A stretch of DNA of 50,000 nucleotides, taken from positions 1 through 50,000 of the forward strand of contig JAPSGB010000033.1 in the NCBI GenBank assembly GCA_035063585.1, given 5' to 3'. Every line of letters starts with the position of its first letter. The first letter of the stretch is position 1. Below are positions 22,494-32,140 of this stretch, piece after piece. The position numbers and the translations under genes are program-made. The stretch is from Polyangiaceae bacterium (GTDB lineage Bacteria > Myxococcota_A > Polyangia > Polyangiales > Polyangiaceae). The notes under the pieces were generated by a model, which worked only from the letters and a program-made list of their open reading frames with translations, was not told the DNA's origin and searched no databases.

Positions 22494-23439
22494 CCGCGCG
22501 GCCGGCACCCTCGCCGGGCTCGCCGCGATGGCGGCCGCGGCGCTCGGCGTCGCGCTCGCGCGCCCGCGGCTCGCTGCCCGGTTCCACGAGCTCCGCGTCA
22601 CGAGTGACTCCTACGGGCTCCCCTCGCCGGAGCGCACGGTCGTGGCGAGCCTCGGCTACCGCGCGGCGCTCGCCGATCTCCTCTACGCGGACACGCTGGT
22701 CGCCTACGGGCTCCATTTCCAGGAGCGGCGCCGCTTCGAGTTCGTAGGGGACTACCTCGACACCGTGAGCGCCCTCGATCCGAAGTTCGCCACCCCGTAT
22801 CGCTTCGCCGACACCCTCCTCACGCTCCAGCCGGTGAAGCCGCGCTACGAGGACTACGTCCGCGCTCGCAAGATCCTCGAGCGGGGCATGCGCGAGCTGC
22901 CCTACGACGAGCAGCTCCATAACAGCGCGGGGCAGTTCATGGCGTACCTCGCCGTCTCCGCGCTGAAGAGCGACGAAGAGCGCGCCGAGTGGCGCCTCGC
23001 CGGCGCGCGCGCGCTCCAGCGCGCGTGCGAGCTCGTCGGCGACAACCCCAACATTCCCTACCACTGCATCACGGCCGCCACGCTCCTCACGAACGCGGGC
23101 AAGCGCGAGGCGATGGTGCAGTTTCTCGAACGGCTCCTCGCCGTGAGCGACGACCCGGAGGTCCGCAAGCTCGCGCTCGGCTACCTCGAGCAGCAGCTGG
23201 GCAACACCCAGCGCGAAGAGGTGGAGCAGCGGTTTTTGCGCTTCCACGACGCGTGGGGCAAGGATCTCGGCTTCGTCTCGCGGGGCGTGCTGCTCATCGT
23301 CGGGCCGCGCTTCGACCCAGCGCGCTGCGCGGGGCTCGAGCGCGCGCTCGAGCCCGGCTGCGCGACGACCTGGGCGGACTGGTCGCGGGCCGCCGACGCG
23401 CGGTCCGGCGCGGCAGCGCCGTCGCCGCCCGCGCGCTGA
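22480..23439 (+). CDS. Pilus-associated helical/TPR-like protein (resembles myxobacterial PilG)
   Basis: N-terminal TM; LGY...LADL, LDPKF..PY.F and ILERG...LP motifs recalled from deltaproteobacterial PilG-type proteins; position after pilins. Confidence 0.6.
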   Translation: MRSSSRAAGTLAGLAAMAAAALGVALARPRLAARFHELRVTSDSYGLPSPERTVVASLGYRAALADLLYADTLVAYGLHFQERRRFEFVGDYLDTVSALDPKFATPYRFADTLLTLQPVKPRYEDYVRARKILERGMRELPYDEQLHNSAGQFMAYLAVSALKSDEERAEWRLAGARALQRACELVGDNPNIPYHCITAATLLTNAGKREAMVQFLERLLAVSDDPEVRKLALGYLEQQLGNTQREEVEQRFLRFHDAWGKDLGFVSRGVLLIVGPRFDPARCAGLERALEPGCATTWADWSRAADARSGAAAPSPPAR

Positions 23440-23442
23440 GCG

Positions 23443-26178
23443 TCAGGGGAAGCGGACCGCGACCGTGACCGAGCCGCCCGCGGGGACCGTCGCGCTCCGC
23501 GCCTTTCGGCCGTGCTCCGGGTGCACGAAGACCACCGTGTGCGAACCCGCCTTCACGCTGATGCCGACCTTCGGCGTGGTGCCGAGCGGACGGCCGTCGA
23601 GGATGACGTTCGACACCGGGATCGAGTTGATGTTGATGGTGCCCATCCCGGCCGAGGCGGTCTCGCCGCCGCCCGCCGGCGGCTTCGGAGTGGCGGCCGT
23701 GCCGCCGGCTGGCTTCGCCGCACCGCCCGCAGGGGTCGGCGGCGCGGCCTTGCCCTGCTCCACCAGGGTGACCGTGAAGGTCTTCTCGGCCTGGCCATCG
23801 TCGAAGGTGAGCTCTTGCTTGAAATCCTCGTACCCGCTGCGCGACGCGACGAGGCTGTAGGACTTGTCCGTCGGGATGTCGATGCGGATGGGAAGCTGCG
23901 GGATCGGCCGGCGCTCGCTGCCGCTCACGAGCAGCACCTTGGCGCCGCTCGCGCCGGCGCCGGCCTCGATGCGCGCGAGGCCCTTCAAGACCTTGAGCTT
24001 GGGCTCGATGGCGAGCATCTTGTCCGGCTCGACCGTCACGCGCTTCTCGAACGACTCGTAGCGATCACTGCCGGTGATCTTGAGGACGTGCTCACCGGGG
24101 GACATGTCCTTCAGCTCTTGCGGAAGCGGACCGATGTCCTTGCCGTCGACCGAGAGCCGGAGCCCGGCGCCCTCCGCCGAGACCCGCAGGCCCGTCCCCT
24201 CGCTCGCGCGCGCCAGCGTGATGTTGGTGACGGCCTCGCCGCCCTTGTCGATGGAGACCGCGGTGTCCGCCGTCTGCTGGTAGCCGGCGGCGCTCACCTT
24301 CACCATGTGCGTTCCGGGCTTCAGATCCGCGACGCGGCAGGGCGAGGTGTCGCAGTACTTGGCGCCGTCGACGAAGATCTGGACCGCATCCACGGGCTTG
24401 TTACCCGGCCCGGCCACGGTGACGACCAGCGAGCCCGTCCCCGGCAGCACCAGGAACCCGACGGCCACGATGAGCGCGACCACCAGCGCGCCGATCGCCA
24501 CCAGCGCGATCGTGCGACCGCTGCCTGCGGGCGCGGGCATGCTCGGGTACGCGCCGGGCACCACCTGCGGCGCGGCCTGAGCGGGAAACCCCGCGCTCAC
24601 CTGCTGCGGCGCGGGCGGCGCCGAGAGCATCGGCTCGGGAACGGGGGGCCGCGGCGGCATCGACGCCGCCGCCCCGCCGGACCCTGCGACGAGCGCTGAC
24701 GCGGCCCCGCCCAACCGTCCCGACGCAGGCGGCGGCGGGGTTCCGGCGGCTGGAGCCGGCGGCGGGTTGCTGCGAAGCAGCGCGGTGGCGGCGGACTCGC
24801 CTCCCTGCTTGTCGAAGATCGCGGTCTTCTCGTCCTCGTCGTCCCAGTCCATGTCCACCGGCGCGGCGCCGGCCGGCGCGGGGGCCTTGGGCGGCGAGGG
24901 CGGGGGGGGCGCGGCCGGGGGGCGCGACAGCGCCGGCGGCGGCGGCGCGCCGGGCGGACGCGACACCGGGATGGGCGGCAGGCTCGCGCGCGCCGGCGGC
25001 GCCGGCGGCGCCGGTGCGCGGCTCGGGATGGGCGGCGCGGCGGAGCGGCCCGAGGGCGGCGGCAGGTTGGGCACCGGCAGCCCGAGCAGCGTCTTCTTCG
25101 CCGGTGGAAGAGGAGCGGGCGCTGCCGACGGCACGCTCGGGCGCGGCTGGGATTTCTTCGCCAGTCCGTCGAACACGTCCAAGTCCGATCCGCCCTTGTC
25201 GCTCATTCGCTTACTCTCCTGACCATCTGCTCCGCGTGACCGCGCCCGAGCGGCCTCCGAGGCGAACACGCGGCCCATGAACTCCGCCGCTCGCGCCGCG
25301 CCGCCGGCCTGCGCCGACCGGGCGTAGGCCGCCAAATCCGCTTGGAATTCGGACGCGGAAGGATACCTCTCCTTGGGCTCCTTGGCGAGCGCCATGAGGA
25401 CGATCCGATCCAGCTCCGGCGATACCAGGCGGTTTATCGTCGACGGGGAAGGGACTCGCCGCCGCTTCATCTGCTCCATCACGAGCAACTCGTTCGGCGC
25501 GTCGTAGAGCCGCTCGAGCGTGAGCGCCTCCCAGAGCGACACGCCGAGCGCGAAGACGTCGGTCCGGCGGTCCACCGCGCCGCCGAACACCTGCTCGGGC
25601 GCCATGTAGCCGGCCTTGCCCTTGATGCTTCCGGCTTGGGTCCGCACCATGCCGCCGGCAGCCTTGGCGATCCCGAAATCGATGAGCTTCACCGCGCCGT
25701 CGTAGCTGACGAGCACGTTCTGCGGGCTGACGTCGCGGTGCACGATGCCGAGCGGGTGCCCGCGCTCGTCGGTCGCGTCGTGGGCGTAGGCGAGGCCGCG
25801 GGCCGTCTCGCTCGCCACGTGCACCGCGAGCTCGACGGGCAGCGGCTCGCCGCGCGCGCTCGCGCGGTCGATGAGGGTGCGGAGCGACTGCCCCTCGACG
25901 AATTCGAGCGCGATGAACAGGCTCGAGCCGACCTTCCCCGCCTCGAAGATCCGCGCGATGTTCGGGTGGTCGAGGTGGCTCGCGATGCGCGCCTCGTCGA
26001 CGAACAGCTCGACCAGCTCTTCGTCCTCGGCGACGCCCGGCAAGATGCGCTTCAGCGCGACCAGCCGACCGGTTTCCCTGTGGATCGCGCGGAACACCTC
26101 GGCCATGCCGCCGGCGCCGACACGCTCGATCAAGCTGTAAGAACCGAACTCCTGGGGCGCCGGCAACGCTGACTCCAC
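23443..26178 (-). CDS. Membrane Ser/Thr protein kinase with Pro-rich linker, TM helix and PEGA-like domains
   Basis: GAGGMAEV, VALKRI, HRDVSPQN, DFGIAK and YMAPEQ; TM IALVAIGALVVALIVAVGFLVL; PEGA-like repeats (V.LDG.PLG.TP...GSH.V). Confidence 0.92.
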   Translation of the reverse strand: MESALPAPQEFGSYSLIERVGAGGMAEVFRAIHRETGRLVALKRILPGVAEDEELVELFVDEARIASHLDHPNIARIFEAGKVGSSLFIALEFVEGQSLRTLIDRASARGEPLPVELAVHVASETARGLAYAHDATDERGHPLGIVHRDVSPQNVLVSYDGAVKLIDFGIAKAAGGMVRTQAGSIKGKAGYMAPEQVFGGAVDRRTDVFALGVSLWEALTLERLYDAPNELLVMEQMKRRRVPSPSTINRLVSPELDRIVLMALAKEPKERYPSASEFQADLAAYARSAQAGGAARAAEFMGRVFASEAARARSRGADGQESKRMSDKGGSDLDVFDGLAKKSQPRPSVPSAAPAPLPPAKKTLLGLPVPNLPPPSGRSAAPPIPSRAPAPPAPPARASLPPIPVSRPPGAPPPPALSRPPAAPPPPSPPKAPAPAGAAPVDMDWDDEDEKTAIFDKQGGESAATALLRSNPPPAPAAGTPPPPASGRLGGAASALVAGSGGAAASMPPRPPVPEPMLSAPPAPQQVSAGFPAQAAPQVVPGAYPSMPAPAGSGRTIALVAIGALVVALIVAVGFLVLPGTGSLVVTVAGPGNKPVDAVQIFVDGAKYCDTSPCRVADLKPGTHMVKVSAAGYQQTADTAVSIDKGGEAVTNITLARASEGTGLRVSAEGAGLRLSVDGKDIGPLPQELKDMSPGEHVLKITGSDRYESFEKRVTVEPDKMLAIEPKLKVLKGLARIEAGAGASGAKVLLVSGSERRPIPQLPIRIDIPTDKSYSLVASRSGYEDFKQELTFDDGQAEKTFTVTLVEQGKAAPPTPAGGAAKPAGGTAATPKPPAGGGETASAGMGTININSIPVSNVILDGRPLGTTPKVGISVKAGSHTVVFVHPEHGRKARSATVPAGGSVTVAVRFP

Positions 26179-26291
26179 CCGCAGCTTGGCACGAAATCCG
26201 ATAAGTTTCGCGTACTAGATGACGTTCCGTCGGAGTCCGGGCCGCCCCGGAGCGCCGGGTCCTCCAGGGGCCTCTCCCGGCGCGGCCGGCG

Positions 26292-28949
26292 TCAGGGCGC
26301 AGGTTCGCTCGGCGCCGCGGGTTCCTGCGGCTTCGGCTTCGGAAAGTAGCGGACCCGACGGGACTGGAGCGGGTACCAGACCTTCGGGGGTACGATCGGC
26401 GTGTCCTCGAAGAACCGCCGCCCCCCCGGCATCTCGGCGCGCGCGAGCCGGAGGCCGCCGGGTTGGGCCAGCGCGGGCTGCCCAGCGAGATCGGCCTGCC
26501 CGCCGAGGGCGACGCCAGCCGGCTGGGTGAGCAGGAGCACGCGCTCGCACCCGAGCGAGCCGAGGAGCCCGACGAGCATGCGGGCGTCGCCGCCGGCTCT
26601 CGTCGCGGTCGCGACCTCCGCGTAGAGCACCTTCCCCGCCGCATCGACGCCGACCGCCGCGGTCGCGGTCGTCGCCATCGGATCGTCGGGCTCGAGCCCG
26701 CTCATCAAGCGGACCGCGCCCGCGGCCGGAGGCGTCGCGGCCAGCCGCGCGCGACCTGCCTCGAGGAAGAGCCCGGGGCCACGGTCCCGAGGCGCACCGA
26801 GCGTGAGCACGGTCGGCGCGGCCTCGTCCGCGCTCAGGCGCACCGCGGCCGGGTCGAGCGCCAAGAGCCGCACCTTCGCGTCCGGCCGCGCGCGGTCCGG
26901 CCGCACCCAGGCGGTAGCGAGCGCGTACGGCCAGCCGTGCTGCGGGAGCCCCTTCACCTGCCAGGCGCCCTCGCCGGGCTCCGGGCTCGCGAACGCGCTC
27001 TTCACCGGCTCGCCCGGCAGGACGCTCCGCAGCGTGAGGTAGAAGAAGTCACGCGCCTCGCGGTGGATGTACCGCGGGAAATTCATGAGCCCCATCAAAC
27101 GGAGCATGCGGCGGCCACGGAAGCGCCAGCCCGGCATGTCGGGAACCTCGCCCTCGGCCTCCCATTGCCGGTCGAGCTTACGCTCGAGGGGCGGCAGCGC
27201 GCCGGCCGGGGCCGCGCGGTAAAACTCGAGGCCGGTGTGCCCCGCGTTCATGTCGAGGTGGAGCCCGTAGGTGCAGCGCGCGCGCTGCATGGCGAGCGCC
27301 AGGTGCTCGGCGTCGATGGTCGAGCCGTACAGGTACGCGACGAAGCGCTCCTCGGTGAGGCAGAGCGCACTCCGCACCGTGCGTGACTCGTCGGTCCATC
27401 CGGGTGGCACGCCGCCCCACCAGTCGCGCCGGTACGGGTTGATGGTGCCGTCCAGGACGAGGGGCGTCATGTTCTGGCGATACGAGACGACCTCGGCCGG
27501 CACCGCGTCGCTCGCCGGCCACGTGCCGAAGGCGGTCGAGCCGTCGGCGAGCTCGGCCACCGTGGCGGCGTACGGCTTCGGCGGCAGATAGACGACGCCG
27601 TCTGCCATCATGCCGAATTCGCCGTGGGTGGCCTGGAACCCGCCGTTGAACGCCCCGACCAGGCGCCCCATCACCGCCGGCTCGCGCGGCACCAGGCCCG
27701 GGCCGGTCTCCCCGGTCGCGCTCTTCGGCTCGACCGTGCCGCTCATCGCGTGGAGCGCCACCTGGCGCGGATCCCACTCGACCACGTACACCTGCGTGTA
27801 GGGGCGCTCGCGGTCGGTGCGGATGAACGAGGTGATGAACGGCGCGGGCGCGCCGGGGTTCGAGCGGATGAACGGATCGTGGTCGCCGTCGAGCGCTCGC
27901 CACTCGCCCTCGCCCTCGAGCGGGTGCGAGAGGATCGGCTTCATCGGTGGCGGCGGCCAGCCCGTCTCGGGATCGCGGTACGTCACCGGCACCCGGGCGC
28001 CGACCCCGCCGAGCTCGGCCGCCACGCGCTCGGCGCCGGTGTCGCCGGTCACCGTGCCGCGCATGCGCTCGAAGCGGTCGAGCAGGTCGAAGGCGACCGC
28101 CTTCACGAGCTGCATCCGATCGCGGCCGAACCAGGGCAGCGCGCGCGCGCGGTCCACCGCCCAGGTCACCAGGTTGCCGGGCCGCGCGCGCGGCACGCTC
28201 TCCTCGCGCAGGTGGAGCGAGCCCGCGCTGGCGCCCGCGCCGCCGGTCGGGACGCGGAGCTCCCGGCCGTCGGCGTCGATGACGAGCGCGCTCGGAGCGA
28301 ACGCCACCCGGAGGCGACTCGCGGCCGGCTCGAGCTTGAAGTCGCGCCGCAGGATCCCGCGCGTGCTGCCGGTCTCCTGCAGGCAGGTGACGCGGTCCTG
28401 GAGCTGCTCGAGCCGAGTCCAGTCGCTCGGCTCGGTAGCGGCGCCCGAGAAGTCGGCGAAATGTACGCTGTAGGTCTTCTCCGCGCCGCGCAGCTCCCAC
28501 GCGGCGCGCGCGCCGTCGACGACCAGGCCCCGCTCGTCCACCGCCGAGGTGTCGGTCACGTTGAACACGCCCTCGACGGCGATGAGCCGCCCCTCGGGCG
28601 AGACGGCGAGGGTCGCCGCGTACACGTCCGACGGCTCGTCGCCGCGATGCGCTCGAAACACCACGCGCGGGGAGTGCCAGCGCGAGGCGAGCGCGCCGGG
28701 CAGCGGCTCGACCAGGTGCACGTCGGCGGGCGCGGTCAGGAGGCCGTCCCGCGCGAGCGCCGCGGCGACCGCCGCCGGGAGCGGCGTGGTGGGCTCCGGC
28801 GCGGGACCGCCGCGCGCGAGCGCCCACCCGAGCGCGAGCGCCACCGGGAGCGGCTGGAGGAGCCACCGCGCCCGCGCCTGCAGGCTCGGCCGCCGTCGCG
28901 CGGGCGCGCGCTCCGAGGAGGCCGCGGCGGGGTGTGACGAGGGGCTCAT
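26292..28949 (-). CDS. Large exported protein with phosphodiester glycosidase (NAGPA)-like domain
   Basis: Signal/TM N-terminus; AFNGGF, T.RSALC and HLDMN motifs reminiscent of this family. Confidence 0.6.
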   Translation of the reverse strand: MSPSSHPAAASSERAPARRRPSLQARARWLLQPLPVALALGWALARGGPAPEPTTPLPAAVAAALARDGLLTAPADVHLVEPLPGALASRWHSPRVVFRAHRGDEPSDVYAATLAVSPEGRLIAVEGVFNVTDTSAVDERGLVVDGARAAWELRGAEKTYSVHFADFSGAATEPSDWTRLEQLQDRVTCLQETGSTRGILRRDFKLEPAASRLRVAFAPSALVIDADGRELRVPTGGAGASAGSLHLREESVPRARPGNLVTWAVDRARALPWFGRDRMQLVKAVAFDLLDRFERMRGTVTGDTGAERVAAELGGVGARVPVTYRDPETGWPPPPMKPILSHPLEGEGEWRALDGDHDPFIRSNPGAPAPFITSFIRTDRERPYTQVYVVEWDPRQVALHAMSGTVEPKSATGETGPGLVPREPAVMGRLVGAFNGGFQATHGEFGMMADGVVYLPPKPYAATVAELADGSTAFGTWPASDAVPAEVVSYRQNMTPLVLDGTINPYRRDWWGGVPPGWTDESRTVRSALCLTEERFVAYLYGSTIDAEHLALAMQRARCTYGLHLDMNAGHTGLEFYRAAPAGALPPLERKLDRQWEAEGEVPDMPGWRFRGRRMLRLMGLMNFPRYIHREARDFFYLTLRSVLPGEPVKSAFASPEPGEGAWQVKGLPQHGWPYALATAWVRPDRARPDAKVRLLALDPAAVRLSADEAAPTVLTLGAPRDRGPGLFLEAGRARLAATPPAAGAVRLMSGLEPDDPMATTATAAVGVDAAGKVLYAEVATATRAGGDARMLVGLLGSLGCERVLLLTQPAGVALGGQADLAGQPALAQPGGLRLARAEMPGGRRFFEDTPIVPPKVWYPLQSRRVRYFPKPKPQEPAAPSEPAP

Positions 28950-29116
28950 GGTTCGCGGAGCGGCGGGCGCGCGGCAGAGAGAGAACGTCCGCGGGCGGTT
29001 ACCATCATCCCCGCGCGGTGGCCAAGGCCGCCCCGGCCGCCAACTGAGTTTCCGCGCCGCGCCAACCTAGTTGGCAGCTCCCCACCGCCGGGTGGCCGGG
29101 AGCCTGCGCGGTGACT

Positions 29117-29132
29117 CGGCACGCGGTGTGCT
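29117..29132 (+). promoter_or_regulatory. Sigma54 -24/-12 promoter candidate
   Basis: CGGCACGCGGTGTGCT (GG-N10-GC) ending 14 nt before the ATG at 29147. Confidence 0.55.
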
Positions 29133-29146
29133 AGTTCTGGTGCGGG

Positions 29147-29476
29147 ATGAGCCGTATTTCTCGTCGCTGGTGGTGCCTCGGCGCGGCGCTCGCGCTGGTC
29201 GGTTGCCTCTCGCCGACGCTCCCGCTGCCGCCGCCGAGCCCCACCGTGAGCGGCCCCGACGCGAGCGGTATGGTCGAGATCAGCGGCTATGTCGACCCGG
29301 GCGCCACCGTCTACGCGGTGAACCTCCGCAACGACGAGCTCCGCGGTCAGATCTCCGACGCGCGCACCGGCGAGTACGACTTCTTCCTGCCCGCGGAGGT
29401 CGGCGATCGCGTCGACGTCTACGTGCAGCTCGGCAATGACCGGAGCCCGCCCTACAGCACCGTGATCCGCCCCTGA
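29147..29476 (+). CDS. Small Ig-like lipoprotein
   Basis: LVGC lipobox, PTLPLPPP linker, beta-rich domain. Confidence 0.8.
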   Translation: MSRISRRWWCLGAALALVGCLSPTLPLPPPSPTVSGPDASGMVEISGYVDPGATVYAVNLRNDELRGQISDARTGEYDFFLPAEVGDRVDVYVQLGNDRSPPYSTVIRP

Positions 29477-29506
29477 GCAGGCGGCGCGCGGCCCGGCGCC
29501 GAGTGC

Positions 29507-29536
29507 CAATAAATGAGCAAGTTTGTTCATTTATTG
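29507..29536. repeat. AT-rich near-perfect palindrome
   Basis: CAATAAATGAGCAA-GT-TTGTTCATTTATTG (13/14 matched arms). Confidence 0.9.
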
Positions 29537-29576
29537 TCTGTCCGCCGCGGCCGGCGTCGCGGCCGGCGTCGCGGCG

Positions 29577-30989
29577 CTAGAGCGTCCGCAGCGACACGCG
29601 GCGACGACCGCTCGCGTCCGCGCTCGCGCGGTGCGCGCCGGGCGCGCCGGCGGGCGCGCGGTCCTCGCTCACGACCTCGCCGACCAAATCGTAGTCGCTC
29701 GCCTGGCTCACCACCACGCGCACCATGCGCCCGGGCTCGACCTCGCCGTTCGACAGGTAGACGACGCCGTCGATCTCGGGCGCCTGTCCGGCGTGTCGGC
29801 CGACCATGACGAGCTCGCTCTCCGCGCTCGGGCCCTCGACCAGCACCTCGAGCTCGCGGCCGATGAGCGCGCGGTTCTTCTTGCGGCTGATGGCCTTCTG
29901 GACGCGCATGAGCTGGCTCACCCGCGCGGCGGCGATCTTGCCCGGCACCTTGCCTTCGAGCTCGTGGCTGCGCGCGCCGGGCTCGTCGGAGAAGCGAAAC
30001 ACGCCCATGCGGTCGAACTCGGCCCACCTCACGAAGTCCACCAGCTCGTCGAACTCCGCGGCCGTCTCGCCGGGGTGCCCGACGATGAACGCGGTCCGCA
30101 TCACGAGGCCGGGGATCTCGCGGCGGAGCCGCTCGACCACCTGTCGCAGGCGCGCTCCGCCGTGCCCGCGGCGCATGCGCCGGAGCATCGCGTCGGCGGC
30201 GTGCTGGAGCGGCATGTCCACGTAGGGGAGCACCCGCGGGTGGTGCGCGAGCAGCTCGATGAGCGCCGGGTCGAGCGTCTCCGGGTAGAGGTAGTGGAGC
30301 CGCACCCAGGCGAGCCCGGGCACCTCCGCGATGCGCTGCACGACCTCGGCGAGCGAGCCGCCTTCGGGGCGGTCGCGCCCGTAGGCGACGGTGTCCTGCG
30401 AGACTAGGTTCACCTCGAGCACGCCGGCCTCGGCGAGCCGCTCGACCTCGCGCACGATGTCGTCCGCCGCGCGCGAGCGCTGCTTGCCGCGGATGGCCGG
30501 GATGACGCAAAACGAGCAGGAGCGGTTGCAGCCCTCGGCGAGCTTCACGTACGCGCTGCCGCCGCGAGTGCTCACGCGGCGCGGGTCGCTCGCGCCGACC
30601 ACCCAGTCGGCGGGGTTGCCGACCAGCATGCGCGCCGCGTCGCCGGCGAGCACGTGCGCGAGGGTGAGCATGTCGCTCGAGCCGAGGAAGTGATCGACCT
30701 CGGGCAGCCCCTCGGCGAGCTCGCCCGGGTAGCGCTGGGAGAGGCACCCGGCGACCACCAGCTTCTCGCAGCGCCCGGTCTTCTTGTACTCGGCGAGCTC
30801 GAGGATGGTGTCGATGCTCTCCTTCTTGGCGGCGTCGATGAAGCCGCAGGTGTTGACGACCAGGACCAGGGCCTCCTTCGGGTCGTCGAGATGCTGGTAG
30901 CCGGCGCGCTCCGCGACGCCGAGCATCACCTCGGTGTCCACTCGGTTCTTCGGGCACCCGAGGCTCACGAAATGGATGGTGCGGCTCAC
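29577..30989 (-). CDS. rimO: Ribosomal protein S12 methylthiotransferase
   Basis: SLGCPKNRVD, NTCGFI..AK.ESI, radical SAM CNRSCSFC, C-terminal APEIDG TRAM domain; GTG start at 30989. Confidence 0.95.
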   Translation of the reverse strand: MSRTIHFVSLGCPKNRVDTEVMLGVAERAGYQHLDDPKEALVLVVNTCGFIDAAKKESIDTILELAEYKKTGRCEKLVVAGCLSQRYPGELAEGLPEVDHFLGSSDMLTLAHVLAGDAARMLVGNPADWVVGASDPRRVSTRGGSAYVKLAEGCNRSCSFCVIPAIRGKQRSRAADDIVREVERLAEAGVLEVNLVSQDTVAYGRDRPEGGSLAEVVQRIAEVPGLAWVRLHYLYPETLDPALIELLAHHPRVLPYVDMPLQHAADAMLRRMRRGHGGARLRQVVERLRREIPGLVMRTAFIVGHPGETAAEFDELVDFVRWAEFDRMGVFRFSDEPGARSHELEGKVPGKIAAARVSQLMRVQKAISRKKNRALIGRELEVLVEGPSAESELVMVGRHAGQAPEIDGVVYLSNGEVEPGRMVRVVVSQASDYDLVGEVVSEDRAPAGAPGAHRASADASGRRRVSLRTL

Positions 30990-30994
30990 GGCGG

Positions 30995-32140
30995 CTAGTC
31001 GTCCATCATCTTGCGGAACCGCTCGAAGAGCGAGAGCGTGTCGTGCGGCCCGGCGGCGGCCTCCGGGTGATACTGCACGCTGAACGCGCGCGCGTCGGGC
31101 ACCTCGAGGCCCTCGCTGGTGCCGTCGTTCAGGTGCAGGTGCGTGCTCCGCGCGCGCCCCCCGAGCGACGCGACGTCGACCACGAAGCCGTGGTTCTGCG
31201 AGGTAATCTCCACGCGGCGCGTGGCGACGTCTTGGACCGGCTGGTTCAGGCCGCGATGCCCGAACTTCATCTTGGAGGTGCGCGCGCCGAGCGCGCGGGC
31301 GAGCAGCTGATGGCCGAGGCAGATGCCGAACATCGGTCGCTTGCCGAGCAGCGCGCCGATGGCGTCGATGGCGTAGCCGACCGCGGCCGGATCGCCCGGC
31401 CCGTTCGACAGGAAGATGCCGTCGGGCGCGAGCGCGAGCACCTCGTCGGCGGTGGTGGTGGCCGGCACCACGGTGACCCGGCACCCGGCGTCGACCAGGC
31501 AGCGCAGCATGTTGAGCTTCGCGCCGAAATCCATGGCGACCACGTGGCGCTCCGGCCGAGCGGGCCGGGGCTCGCTCGGCGGCCGGAGCCGGTCGCGCGG
31601 ATCGAGCGGCACGCTCCACGCGCCGCGCGAGGCCGTGAAGCGATAGCGCTCCGGGCAGGTGGCTCGCCGGGCGAGGTCGAGCCCCTCGAGGCTCGGGGCC
31701 GCGCGCGCGCGGTCGACGAGGGTGTCGGGAGCTTCCGTCCCGATACAGCCGTTCTGCGCCCCGCGGTCGCGCAGGAGGCGGGTGAGCCGCCGGGTGTCGA
31801 CTCCGCCGATGGCGACCACGCCGTGCTCCGACAGGTACTCGGTGAGCGTGAGCTTCGCGCGCCAGTTCGAGGCGATCGGGCTCGGCTCGCGCACCACGAA
31901 GCCCGCCACGCGGGGCTTGCCGTCGAGGCTCTCGGCGTCCTCGCGCGTGATCCCGGTGTCGCCGATGTGCGGCGCCGTCATGGTGACGAGCTGCCCCGTG
32001 TACGACGGGTCGGTGAGGACCTCCTCGTAGCCGGTCATCCCGGTCGTGAACACGACCTCGCCGGTGACGCTGCCGTCCGCGCCCCACGAGAAACCCGAGA
32101 GCTTGGTGCCGTCGGCGAGACACAGCCATGCGCGCTTCAT
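30995..32140 (-). CDS. carA: Carbamoyl-phosphate synthase small subunit
   Basis: [39 protein letters not shown] and QYHPE; ATGA overlap with pyrC. Confidence 0.96.
   Translation of the reverse strand: MKRAWLCLADGTKLSGFSWGADGSVTGEVVFTTGMTGYEEVLTDPSYTGQLVTMTAPHIGDTGITREDAESLDGKPRVAGFVVREPSPIASNWRAKLTLTEYLSEHGVVAIGGVDTRRLTRLLRDRGAQNGCIGTEAPDTLVDRARAAPSLEGLDLARRATCPERYRFTASRGAWSVPLDPRDRLRPPSEPRPARPERHVVAMDFGAKLNMLRCLVDAGCRVTVVPATTTADEVLALAPDGIFLSNGPGDPAAVGYAIDAIGALLGKRPMFGICLGHQLLARALGARTSKMKFGHRGLNQPVQDVATRRVEITSQNHGFVVDVASLGGRARSTHLHLNDGTSEGLEVPDARAFSVQYHPEAAAGPHDTLSLFERFRKMMDD

Noticed and set aside
26186..26202. TTGGCACGAAATCCGAT, sigma54-like -24 box
   Set aside because: The -12 position reads GA rather than GC, and it points away from the adjacent kinase into the 3' end of an antisense gene.
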